Shown one piece after another: positions 11,673 to 24,374 of a stretch of DNA of 64,000 bases. The DNA lies in assembly GCA_050084985.1 (NCBI GenBank), contig JBITNC010000001.1, positions 184,264,001-184,328,000 on the forward strand, given 5' to 3'. Below the pieces are notes generated by a model that ran no database searches, had not been told where the DNA came from, and worked only from the letters and a program-made list of their open reading frames with translations. A program made the position numbers and the translations under genes. Origin of the DNA: Nageia nagi (Eukaryota; Plantae; Pinophyta). Numbering within the stretch: position 1 is the stretch's first letter; each line of letters opens with the position of its first letter.

Positions 11673-11958
11673 AAATATATTTTATAGGTCATGGGCAACC
11701 TGGACTATTCACTTCATATTTTCTAAAAGTAAAAAATGAGGGAAAAAATGAAGAGAAAACACTTTTAATAAAACTTAGTAAACACAACTAGCTAGTGAGC
11801 TGGTTGGCTAAAGGACTAACTGGTTAGCTGGTTACACATAGAACTAACTGGTCTACATGACACCAGTTCTTATATAGAGAGTAGAAATATAAAATAATAA
11901 GCTCAAATATTGGAGAATTTCAATATTTTAATTTACTTTAACATCTTCAAATTCTTCA
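11673..11958 (-). repeat. 3' LTR of Copia B (distally truncated)
   Basis: Aligns to 27262-27548. Lacks the ~185 bp corresponding to 27076-27261. Confidence 0.8.
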
Positions 11959-11974
11959 TACTCCCCTTGTTGAT

Positions 11975-13540
11975 AAGAGGACCAACAATTAAGTCTCTTA
12001 ACAATAAAAATTTAGATTTTGCCATGGATTTAGTGAATATATTGGTCAATTGATCTTGTTTTGGATAATACCTCAACTTTACTATCCCCTTCTCCACCAA
12101 ATCCTAGATGAAATGAGTTTTCAAATCAAAATATTTGGTTCTAGAATGATGGATAGGGTTTTATTTCAACTTGATAATACCTTGGTTGTCACAAAAAATG
12201 GTAGTTTGATTTTTTTCTCCTCTCCAATATCCTTCAACACCTTCCTCAACCAAAAATCTTGTGTTGAAGCACTTATTACAATTACATACTCAACTTAAGT
12301 ACTTGAAAGAGATACAATGGATTATTTTCTAGAGCTCCATGATACCAAACCTGATCCAAGAGAGAAGTAATTCCCACTTGTGCTTTTTCTATCATCCAAA
12401 TTGCTATCCCAATCATTACTACTGAAACCTATGAGTTTGAACTTGGAATTACATGTATAATGTATTCTAAAATTAATTATTCCCTTCACATATCTAAGGA
12501 TTCTTTTTTATTTCCTTGATATGGATAATCGATGGATCACTCATATATCTTGCAACCAACAAAACACTAAATTGCAAATTTGGCCTTCTATTTATTAAGA
12601 ACATGAGGCTTCCAACAATGCTTCTATACTCTTTCTTGTTCACTTTTGGTTCTTGATCTTCTTTGCAAAGATGTTCTCCATGGGTTGTAGGTGTTGCAAC
12701 ATGTGCATAATTCTCCATTCTAAACTTCTTTAGCATATCATGTGTATATTTGGATTATGATACAAAGATCTCTTCTTTTATTTTATGCACCTCCAAGCCA
12801 AGAATGTAGCTCAACAAACTAAGATCTTTCATTTCAAACTTAGCCATGATTTGAGTTTTGAAATCTTCATTCAGCTTGCTATTGCTTCCCATGAAGATCA
12901 AATCATATATATATAACAAAAAATAAAAATATCAAATCCATTTTTCTTAAAATACAAGGTAGGCAAGCTTACACTTCTTTGAAATCCCATATATTTGAAG
13001 TATGCATCAATTCTTTTATACTAAGCTCTTAGAGTTTGCTTCAGCCCATACAATGCTTAATTGAGTTTGTACATATTGTCTTCTCTTCCTTGAATCTCAA
13101 AGTATTAAGGTTGTGCTACATACACCTCTTCATAGATGTACCTAATGAGAAAGGCACTCTTTACATCCATGTGTTGGACTGTCCAATTTTTGCTTGCAAC
13201 CAAAGAGAGCATTAATTATATTATTTGTTATCTTGCAACCAATGCAAATGTCTCTCAAAATCCACACCATAATACTATGTGAATCCTTTTTCCACTAGCC
13301 TTGCTTTGTACCTTTCAATGCTCTCATCACTCTTGCATTTTGTTTTATACACCCACTTGGAACTAATAACATTTTAACCTTTGGGCAACTCATAAAGTTC
13401 CCAAGTATCATTCCTCTTAATAATATCAATATCCTCTTTCATAGCTTGCATTCAAACACCATTAGAACAAGCTTATTCATAAAAATATGGCTCAACACCA
13501 GTAACATTTAAAATAGAATTTGAAATAGAGGAATAAAGTC
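11975..13540 (-). pseudogene. Copia B RT and RNase H remnants
   Basis: ORF 12494-12736 contains YRSIVGSLMFL.NRRPNLQFSV; DWDSNLDDRKSTSG, YKARLV and ALYGLKQ-like motifs are broken by stops and frameshifts. Confidence 0.8.
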
Positions 13541-13545
13541 CATAT

Positions 13546-16078
13546 TATTGAGCAAAGTGATGAGATTATTGTCATTGTTGTCAACACACTCAATTAGGTT
13601 AGGTGGTTACAGTGATAGGTTGTATCATGGATGGATTTTTCAATGTTTATATAGTTCATATGGAGATGCGTATAGTTTTGATTTAGTTTGTTTACACCAA
13701 AAATCCAAATTTGTAAAAATTACAATTCTTGCAAAAGTTGCTCAAAAGTTGTCAACAATGTGAAATGTGTCTTTACACACAAATGTTGACACTTAGTGCT
13801 AATGGACTATTTTATGTTTCTTGAAACATAATTCATAGTCTCAAAGGATTTTTTCGAGCTTAGTTGCAATGTTAGATCATGGTTATCCAGTTGTTGGTAC
13901 TTGTTTGGGTCTTTTGATAGTTTTTTAAAAGCATGATGATTTTGCATTACAAGGTGATCAGACAGGATGATTTAGTGTTGTACATGATGACATGTGTGTT
14001 TCCAACTCATATTAGTATTGAATTTATTTTCATAGAGTTTGGAGTGATAGTTCTCAATCTCGGTATCTTTTCGATTATTTTTACTCTTTTTGGCCTAGTT
14101 GCCAATTTAGCTTCTGAGGCTTCCGAACTGATGTATTTTTAGATAAATTGTTAGGAGTTATGGAATGACATTCTTGCATGTTGTATATATAAGTACATTT
14201 ATTGTGTGGTTTAAAGTTTAGATCTAATGAAGTTTGAAAACAAATTTGGTGATCAGTTAAAAATGGATTTGCAACAAGTTTTCTAGTTTTGAACAGTTTT
14301 ATTGGCTTAAGTCATGGAATTTGTGTTGAAAGTGTTTCTCATTCATCAGTGAATCAATTTTTTAATTTTTTTGTGTTTCACTTATAACAAACCAAGATGA
14401 ACAACTTTTTCTCTTGGAGAATCTTGATTTGAAACCTTGAAGTATGAGAATCTTTAATGTGCACCGAACTAAGCTTGTGTGTTGTTTGACAAAATGTCTT
14501 CAAATCTTCGTTGGAGGCCACTTTGGGAGAGTTGTTGTGTGTAATATATGTGGATTTAAAAATTCAAATTTTGATAAAATTTATTTGATTATGTGAATAA
14601 TATGTGTTCCAAATTTTGTGTTAAATCGTATACCCAATGAGAAGTTGTAGCTTTTCAAAAATGCCTCTAAAGATCTATTTTCATGTTTTTCCAATTTTGG
14701 AATGCAAAGTGTTTGACAAAATGTCTCTGAAATTTGTATGGGAAAAATTAATTATTTTTTTCATAGAAGAGGGCTATGACATTATTGACAAAATGGCTCC
14801 TTTGTTATTTGAAGAAGGCCAACGAAGTGTTTGACAAAATACCACCCATCATTGAAGTACATCTGGTAGTTACAAAAGTTGAGATTGAAAAGGTGTTTTA
14901 AAAAATATATTACAACCATGAGAATAAGGGTGCTATTTAAAAAAAAATAGTGTGTGAGCCTTAATGAGAAATAGAAAAACACATGTACTAATAGTTTTGA
15001 GTGGAGATGATATTTGCAGATTTAAAAGTTTAATTATTATTTATTTGATGTGTTTAATATATGTAGTAAAAAGGTAATAGAAATTAGGCATTCAAGGAAG
15101 ATAGAAGGATGCTATTTGAATACGATGGAGCTTTGTGAAAAATATACTAGTTTCTTTTAGTTGAGTAGAGCATTTTTACATTACCATTTTCATCACTTTT
15201 TCATAGAGATTTATGAAAATGTCTTGTTTGTATTTTGATCACAACTTCTTCATACAATGTCATTTTCAGCTGAAATTTTGAGGAGAGTTAGTGAACAAAT
15301 AGTCAACAAAACCCAAAAATGGTTTAGTAATTTATAAAAGGAGGAAGGATAACTAATTGATTTTTGAGGCTATTTTTTTCATACTTCATTTTTGGTAATC
15401 ATCACAAAGACAATATTGATTCTTTCATGTATAATGAACATCAATGATATAATATCATTTAGAGTGATAGATATTCAATTTTAGTGTGATGAGTCAATGA
15501 TAAATATTCCACTACATTAAAAAATAACTATTTTGAGAGCATTTGTGGATTGGTGTGTAATATAATTGAGTTTGAGTAAATAGAAGGTCAAGAGGCATGG
15601 TTGGGTGAGCAAGGATAAGTGGAGTTCATCAGATTCAATTTGGGGAGTTTGGATTCAAAATATGAGTGGGATTGTGTTGTGATAGTGTGGATTCAAATAC
15701 AGTGTGTGTGGAGGTGTGATATTGAGAGCTAGACCATAGATGATCTTATTGATACCATTTTTATCTTCATATCATCAGTATTATTGAGTCAATGCTTGGC
15801 ATCAGATTTGGTGCTCCTTGCAGTTGGTGCTATAGAATTGTATGGGTTAGTTGGTGTTATTACCATAGCTGGTGCTATGAAATATTATATTAGCCATCCA
15901 TTTATTTTTGACTGGATTTGGGTGGTAGCCCAAGCATTCCATTAGCATAAGTTATTTTTCCACACTGGTTCCACTATACATCCTGTGTTCTTATGCGATT
16001 TCTTTGTGTGATTATTTTTATTATTCAATTTTTAATTACATTGATTCAACCCCCTCTTAGTGTCACCATATAATAACA
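13546..16078 (+). repeat. 5' LTR of Copia A
   Basis: Colinear with 21855-24369 along its length; followed by the PBS. Confidence 0.88.
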
Positions 16079-16112
16079 AGTGGCATCAGAGTTGGTTCTT
16101 AGTTATGACACT

Positions 16113-19100
16113 ATGGCAAGTGGTGAAGTTTTCTCATTGAACAAGGAACCTCTCTTTGATGGAACCAATAATGCCATTTGGAGAATTTGAATGCAAACAT
16201 ATCTTATTTCTTTAGGTTTTTGTATTTGGGATATGGTTGAAAAAGGATACACTTCTCCTGCTACAAGCCAAATGGATGAAGTAAAAAGAAAGGCTTTGAG
16301 TATGATGCAAAAGAAATAAATGCTTTAATGTGCAATATTGTGGATAATGAGTTGGTGAAAGTCATGGCAAGCAAGTTGGAAAAAGAAATATGGGATAAAT
16401 TGAAGGGTATCCATAAAGGAGATGGTAAAATCAAGGAAGCAAAAATCCAAACACATAAAGCTCAATTTGAAGCACTAAAGATGAATGATGATGAGATAAT
16501 CGAAGCATACATGTTGTGGGTGAATGAAATTATTAATACCATTAGAGGTCTAAGAGAGAAGATTGAAGATCAATTCATTGTGAAAAAGGTATAGCAATCT
16601 CTCCCATATTGTTTTGATTCAAAGATGTTTGCAATAGAAGCTAAAAATTTGAATGCTTTTAGTATGGATGAAATGCATGGGTCACTAACTGCTTATGAAA
16701 TGAGAATTGGAAAATGAAAACCTTCAGAAAAAGAAGCAGCATTTAAAGCCAACTAAAGTACAAAAGCTAAATTAGATTCTAATGATGAGGAACAATCTGA
16801 TGGTGTAGAAGCAAACTTTGTTAGAAAGCTGAAAAGAGAAAAAGGTAAATATAAGGGCAAGTTGCTTTCAAATATTTTAATTATAGTGATGTTGGTCACT
16901 TTGCAATGAAATTTCCATACAAGAAAAATAATAAAAATGATCAAGGATCACACTCTAAGAAAAACTACAAGAAGAAATCCTTTGCAAGGAAAGGAAAGCC
17001 AAATAGGCAAAGCTTCATATCTAGAAATGAAAGCTCCACATATGATGGTTCTAGTGATGATTCAAATGAAGAATGCAATGAAGCATTATTTATGACATTT
17101 GAATAGAAACTAAATGAAGAAAAAGAAAATGAAAAAGAGCAAAAATAAGAAGAGACAAATGAAGAAGATGATTTTGAGGTTGAGGTTGATCTTGAAGAAG
17201 AATTAGTGGTAGCTTTGAACAAATTGGATAAGGAAAGAAAGAAAAATAAGAAAATCTTATAAAGGCTTGATGATGCAAGTGGTGTTATAGAAAGCTTAAA
17301 AGTAGAGGTGGAATAATCCAAGAACATTAATGAGGAGTTGGAGGCACAAATTCTCGTAAAAGTCAAAAATTGCAGTAAGCTCAAAGAGGAAATAGTTAGG
17401 CTATGTATGTAGCTAGAGGAAGTCACCAAGAAGATCAGTTCCTATGAGTACCTAGAAGGATCACACTCTAAGAAAAACTACAAGAAGAAATCCTTTGCAA
17501 GGAAAGGAAATCCAAATAGGCAAAGCTTCATATCTAGAAACAAAAGCTCCACATATGATGGTTCTAGTGATGATTCAAATGAAGAATGTAATGAAGCATT
17601 ATTCATGACATTTGAATAGAAACTAAATGAAGAGAAAGAAAATGGAAAAGAGCAAAAAGAAGAAGAGACAAATGAAGATGATGATTTCGAGGTCGAGGTT
17701 GATCTTGAAGAAGAATTAGTGGTATCTTTGAACAAATTGGATAAGGAAAGAAAGAAAAATAAGAAAATCTTATAAAGGCTTGATGATGCAAGTGGTGTTA
17801 TAGAAAGCTTAAAAGTAGAAGTGGAAGAATCCAAGAAGCTTAATGAGGAGTTGGAGGCACAACTTCTCGTAAAAGTCAAAAATTGCAGTAAGCTCAAAGA
17901 CGAAATAGTTGGGCTATGTATGTAGCTAGAGGAAGTCACCAAGAAGATCAGTTCCTATGAGTACCTAGAAGGAAGATCAACCAAGCTTAGTGATATCATA
18001 AATAGTCATAGAATTTCTCCAGACAATTTTGGTTTGGGATATGAACAAAGATAATCTTCCAATGATACAAAAAAGGAAAATATTGAAATAACTAAGAAGA
18101 AGGTAGATAGCTCATGATTAGAGGATGATGGCTTCACATGGGTACAATCAAGAAGGAGACCTTATGCAAGATCGAGGAGTTCTTAGCAATACACTAGCTT
18201 CATATATCCTTTCAATGGATATTATTTTAAATGCAATACTTATGGACACAAAATTTTAGATTGTAAGTATAATATTGCTCTATGAACTTTTGTTACTAGA
18301 AATGATTTTTATCTGCTAACGGAGTATTAAGTTGAATGCTATAATTATCATGAGTTTGGAATCATTGATAGATTTTATAGAAGCATGTATGGAATGAGTT
18401 ACCTTCCACCTATATAGTTTCCTCCTATGAGATAGAATAGATAATTTTAGAGAATTCCCCCACAACAAGAAGAAAAGGAGAATAAAAAACAAGAACCTAA
18501 AGCAAAAGTAAAATAGGTTTGGAAAGAAAAGGAGAAATTCAAAGGCAATAAGGAGACATTGATTGTTAGAACTACATTCAAAGCTCAAGATATACCATCA
18601 CTATGGATATTAGATAGTGAATGCTCAAGCCATATGATAGGTGACAAAAGGAAATTTCAAAAGTTACAATAATATGAAGGTGGGTCAATTAGATTTGGAA
18701 ATAATGATGGCACAAAGATTACTGGCAAGGGAATAGTCAAAATAAATGATGGAAAAATCATATTTGAAATGGTATTTTTTGTTGTTGGTCTAAAGCACAA
18801 TATGTTGAGTGTCAGTCAAATCTATGATAAAGGCAATGATGTGATCTTCAAGAAGCATGCCTATGAGGTTCGAAGAGAAAATAATGGCAAGATTATGGTG
18901 GTTGGTACAAGAACATGTGGCAACCTATATACCTTATCAGATATTTCAAAGGGATCATGTCTTTTAGGTAAGGAGAGTGATGATTGGCTATGGCATAAAA
19001 GACTAGGACATATCAGTTTCAAAAACTAGGTGAATATTTGCTCAAAAAGGGTGGTAAGAGATATCCCTAGCATTAGCATACCATCAAATGACATTTGTAA

Positions 19101-21638
19101 TGCATGTCCAAAAGGAAATCAAACATGGGCAAGGTTCAAGGTGAAGGAATATTACATAAGAAAACCATTAGAGATAATTCACACCGACCTATGCAGATTG
19201 ATGAGGACATAAAGCATCAATGGAGATAAGTATTTTATGTTGTTCATAGATGATTATTCAAGAATGAATTGGGTGCAATTGTTGAAACATAAATTTGAAG
19301 CATTTGAGATGTTTAAAGCCTTTAAGAATCAAGTAGAAAATCAAATAGAAAGGAGAATCAAATACCTTCATTCATATAGAGGAGGTGAGTTCATTTCTAA
19401 TGAGATTTCTAAGTTTTACTTAGAACATGGAATTAAAAGATAATTTCCTGTAGCAAGAACTCCATAGTAAAATGGAGTAGTTGAAAGAAAAAATAGGGTA
19501 GTGCAAGAAATAGCTCAAACTATATTGACAAAAAGTAAAGTTGCTAATAGGTTCTGGAAAGAAGTAATGCATACAATGGTGTATATTCAAAATATATGCT
19601 TATTGAGGCCACATGAAGATAAAATACCATACGAATAGTGGTTTAAAAGAAAAGCCACAATTAGGCATTTCAAGATCTTTGACAACAAATGTTACATTAA
19701 GAGTACAAAGAAGAATTTGGGAAAGTTTGAGGATAGAGCCGATGAAGGTATTTTTCTTGGTTACTCTTTGAAGAGTAAAGCATACAAGTGTTACAACAAG
19801 AGGACAAAAATAATGGTGGATAGTGTTGATGTTCATGTTGATGAACAAAGAGATCTTCCAAAGAGAAATGATGATGAAAATTTTCCTCTCTATGAAGAAT
19901 TAATTGAAAGTAATAAAAAAGATAAGGAAAAATCTAAACCATAAGTATAACAACCATAAGTAAAGAAACAAGAAGAGTCAAGCTCTCAAAGTGACTCAAA
20001 TGGTTGTTCAAAAAATGAGGAGGAAGAACAAGATGAAAATTTAAAATCTTCATCAAGTAGATTGCATGAGGATCACCCATAGGAGCAAATTATTGGTGAT
20101 TTTTGTGTAGGTAGCCAAACTGAAAAAAGGGATTTACATACTTATTCTCTTTTATCCAACATAGAGCATAAAAATGTTATCAAGGCTAGTTAAGATAAAA
20201 TTGGTTCAAAATAATGGAGGAAGAGCTCACACAGATTGAAAAGAATGAAACTTGGGAACTTGTTCCTAGACCAAAGAACAAAAATGTGATTGCACAAAAT
20301 GGTTCTTCCACAACAAATTAAATGAATATGGATAGGTAGTTCAGAACAAAGCTAGATTGGTTTGCAAGGGATATGCTCAAGTTGAAGGAATTGATTTTGA
20401 AGAAACATTTGCACTGATGGCTCAACTTGAGGCAATTTTCATGTTTCTTGCTCTTGTCCTTTACAAAAATTTCAAAGTTTATTAAATAGATGTCAAATTA
20501 GCATTCTTGAAAGATAAACTAGATGAGGAGGTATATATTGAGCAACTTGATGGATTCTAGCTATCAAAAAATCTAGATATGGTATGTAGGTTGAAGAGAG
20601 CACTCTATGGTTTAAAACAAGCACCCCATGCTTGGTACTCAAGATTGGACACCTTTTGAGGCAATAAGGGTTTAAGAAAGGTATGGTTGATAACAATTTG
20701 TATGTTAAGTCAAACAAGGATTTTCATATCATTATTATTATTATGTTGATGAAATTATTATTATGTATGTTTGAAATGTCTATGATAGGTGAGCTTGCAT
20801 ATTTCCTTGGCCTTCAAGTAAATCAGTTGAAAAATGGTATTTTTATTTATCAAATCAAATATGTCAAGGATATGTTAAAGAAATTCACAATGGAGGATTA
20901 CAAGTTGGTTAGTACTCCTATGACCATGGGATGCAAATTGAGAAAAGATAAGTCATCACCCATTGACCAAACAATGTATACATCTATGATCGGGAGCTTG
21001 ATGTACTTGATGGATACTAATACTACAAGTAGTTTTTATGGTGGATCAGTTTCAAGCTAGCCCTAAAGAGACACATGTCATGGTGGTAAAGAGAATTTTT
21101 AGATATCTTAAGGGGATAATGGAGTTTGGTATTTGGTACCCACATGAAAAGTACTTCATACTCATTGCTTATTCAAATGTAGATTGGGAAAGATACATTG
21201 ATGATAGGAAGAGCACTAGTGGTAGTGCATTTTTATCTTAGAGATAGGTTGGTTGCTTGGCACAGTAAGAAAGAAGACTCAGTATCATTGTCTACAACAA
21301 AGTTCGAGTATATAGTTGCCATGAATTGTTGTACACAGGTATTTTAGATGAAATAAACTCTAAAAGATCTTGGTATACAAGTTAGTGAGCCCACTTCCAT
21401 CATGTGTGACAATACTAATGCCATAAATATTTAAAAGAATTCAGTGATGCACTCAAGAACAAAGCATATTGCCTTAAGGTATCATTTTTTAAAAGAAAGA
21501 GTGGTGAAAGGAGAAGTAAAGTTGGTTTTTGTTCCAACAATAGAGCAAGTAATGGATATCTTTACCAAACCTTTACCAAAGGAATTTTTCAAATATCTTC
21601 ATAAGAAATTGGGAGTGATTGCACTTCCCAAGCATTAG
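16113..21638 (+). pseudogene. Copia A gag-pol (many premature stops)
   Basis: PLFDGTN..IW gag start; LWILDSECSSHMIGD protease (~18601); WHKRLGHISF and FIDDYSR integrase; [24 protein letters not shown]; DRKSTSG and HSRTKHIALRYHFL RNase H. Confidence 0.88.
16943..17968 (+). repeat. 513-bp near-perfect tandem duplication inside Copia A gag
   Basis: Units 16943-17455 and 17456-17968, with AAGGA microhomology at 16943, 17456 and 17969. Roughly 20 mismatches by eye. Confidence 0.93.
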
Positions 21639-21854
21639 ACGGTTCTTGAGATCACATTTTCAAGGGGAGAATCTCTACTTTCTCTCATATTTTGCTTCTA
21701 TTTGTGTTATTTTTTATGTGTACTAATATTTTCTTAAGAATGTTGTACATGGACTCAAGGGGAATTCATGATATCCCTTTGTTATTATTTTTAAAGGGGG
21801 AGAAAAGTGTCAAGATGATATTTGTGTGTTGCCAACAATTCCAAATGGGGAGAT

Positions 21855-24369
21855 TGTTGAGCAAAGTGACAAGATTATCATCATTATTGTCAAAACACTT
21901 AGTTCGACCAAGTGGTTGCAATGATAGGTTGTATCATGGATGCATTGATCAATGTTAAAATAGTTCATATAGAGATGTGTACAGTGTTGCTTTAGTCTAT
22001 TTACATCAAAAAGCAAAATTTACAATTCTTGCATAGTTGTTCAAAAGTTATCAATAGTACACAATGTGTCTTTATGCACAGATATTAACACTTAGTGTCA
22101 TTGGACTACTTAAAGTTTCCAAACACATCATTCATAGTCTCAAAGGTTAATTTTGAGCTTAGTTATAGTTTTAGATCATGGTCATCCAATTGTTGGTACC
22201 TATTTGGGTCTTCTAATGACTTTTTATAAGCATGATGATTTTGCATTACAAGGTGATCAAAAAGGATGATTTAGTGTTAGATATGATGACATGTGTATTT
22301 CCAAATCATATTAGTGTTGATTGTGTTTGCACAAAGTTTGGGGTAGTGGTTCTTGATCTTGGTAACTCTTCATCTATTTTTACTCTTTTTTGGCCTATAT
22401 ACCAATTTAACATTAGAGGCTTCCAAATTGATGCATTTTTAGAGAAACTGGAAGAAATTATGGAATGAATTTTTTACAAGTTGTAGATCAAAGTACATTT
22501 TTTGTATGGTTTAAATTTAATATCTAATGGAATTCAAAAAACAATTTAGTGATCATTGCAAAATGGCTTTGCAATAAGTTTTCTAGTTTTGAATAGTTTT
22601 ATTGGCTGTCATGGAATTCATGTTGAAAGTGTTTTTCATTCATAGATGCATAAATTTTTGAATTTTTTTTATGTTACACCTATAACTCATTAATATGAAA
22701 AACTTTTTCTCTTATATAATCTTGATTTGATGCCCCAAAATATGAGAATCTTTAATGTGCACCAAACTAAGCTTGTGTACTATTTGATAAAATGTCTTCA
22801 AATCTTCATTAAAGTCCACTTTACGAGAAGTGTTGTGCACAATATATGTGGATCTATACCTTAAAATTTTTATATAATATATTTAGTTATGTGAAGAATA
22901 TGTGGTCTAAATTTCATGTTAAATCATAAACCTAGTGAGAAGTTGTATCTTTTCAAAAATACCTCTAGAGCTCTATTTTCATGTTTTTCCAATTTTGGAA
23001 TGCAGAGTGTTTGAAAAAATGACTCTATAATTTGTATAGGATAAAATAATTATTTTTTTGTATGGAATAGGGTTGTGACATGATTGAAAAAATGGCTTCT
23101 TAGCTATTTGAAGAAGACCAACGAAGTGTTTGACAAAATACCACCCATCATTGAAGTACATCTAGCAGTTACAAAAGTTGAGATTGAAAAGGTGTTTTAA
23201 AAAATATATTACAACCATGAGAATAAGGGTGTTATTAAAAAACAAAATAGTGTGTGAGCCTTAATGAGAAATAGAAAAACACGTGTGCTAATAGCTTTGA
23301 GTGGAGATGATTTTTGCAAATTTAAAATTTTTCTTTTTGATGTATTTAATATATGTAGTAAAAAGGGAATAGAAATCAAGCATCTAGGGAAGAGAGATGG
23401 ATGTTACTTGAATGTGATCTAGCTTTGTGAAAAAGAGACCAATTTATTTTAGTTGAGTAAAGCATATTTACATTACCATTTTCATCACTTTTTCATAGAG
23501 ATTTATGAAAATGTTTTGTTCGTATTTTGATCATAACTTCTTCATACGATGTCATTTTTAGCTAAAATGTTTGAGTGGAGTTAGTGAAAAGAGAGGTAAA
23601 AAAAACCTAGAAATAGTTTAGTAATTTATAAAAGGAGGAAAGAGAACTAATTGATTTTTGAGGCTATTGTTTTTAGACTTCATTTTTTGTAACCATCACA
23701 AAGACAATATTGATTCTTTCATGTATAAAGAACATCAATTACAAGATATCATTTAGAGTGATTGCTATTCGATTTCAATGTGATGTAGTGAAATATTCTA
23801 GTAGATTAAAGGATGACCATTTTGAGAGCATTTATGGATAGGTGTGTAGTATGATTGAGTTTGAGTAAATAGAAGGTTAAGAGACATGGTTGGGTGAGCA
23901 AGGATAAGTGGAGTTAATCAGATTTAGTTTGGGGAGTTTGGATTTAAAATATGAATGTAATTATATTGTGATAGTGTGGATTCAAATACAGCATGTGTGG
24001 AGGTGTGATATTGATAGCTAGACCAAACAAGGTATTATTGATACCATTCTTATCTTCATCTCATCAAGATTTCTGATTTGATGCTTGGAATAAGAGTTGG
24101 TGCTCCTTGCATTTGGTGCTATATAATTATATAGGTTAGTTGGTACTATTCTTGTAGTTGGTGCTACTAAATATTGTATTGGACATCCATTTATTTTTTA
24201 TTGGATTTGAGTGGTAGCCCAAGCATTCCATTGGCACAAGTGGTTTTACCACACTAGGTTCCACTATACATCTTATGTTCTTATGCAATTGCTTTGTGTG
24301 ATTATTTTTATTGTTCAATTTTTAATAACATTGATTCACCCCCCCTTTTAGTGTCACCATAGAATAACA
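21855..24369 (+). repeat. 3' LTR of Copia A
   Basis: Begins TGTTGAGC right after PPT AAATGGGGAGAT; ends TAACA. Confidence 0.88.
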
Positions 24370-24374
24370 AATTT

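Larger units (their letters stand above)
13546..24369 (+). mobile_element. Ty1/copia LTR retrotransposon A, Sirevirus (SIRE/Maximus)-like, full length but inactivated
   Basis: LTRs 13546-16078 and 21855-24369 (~2.5 kb, T(G/A)TTGAGC...TAACA). PBS TGGCATCAGAG at 16081. gag-PR-INT-RT-RH at 16113-21638. Four PPT-like AAGGGG(G)AG boxes at 21661-21854. C-rich ATTCACCCCCC near the LTR 3' ends. No clean TSD (CATAT vs AATTT). Confidence 0.9.

Noticed and set aside
16965-17942. Two near-identical 154-aa Ser/Phe-rich minus-strand ORFs
   Set aside because: Antisense of the Glu/Lys-rich gag region, duplicated by the 513-bp repeat.
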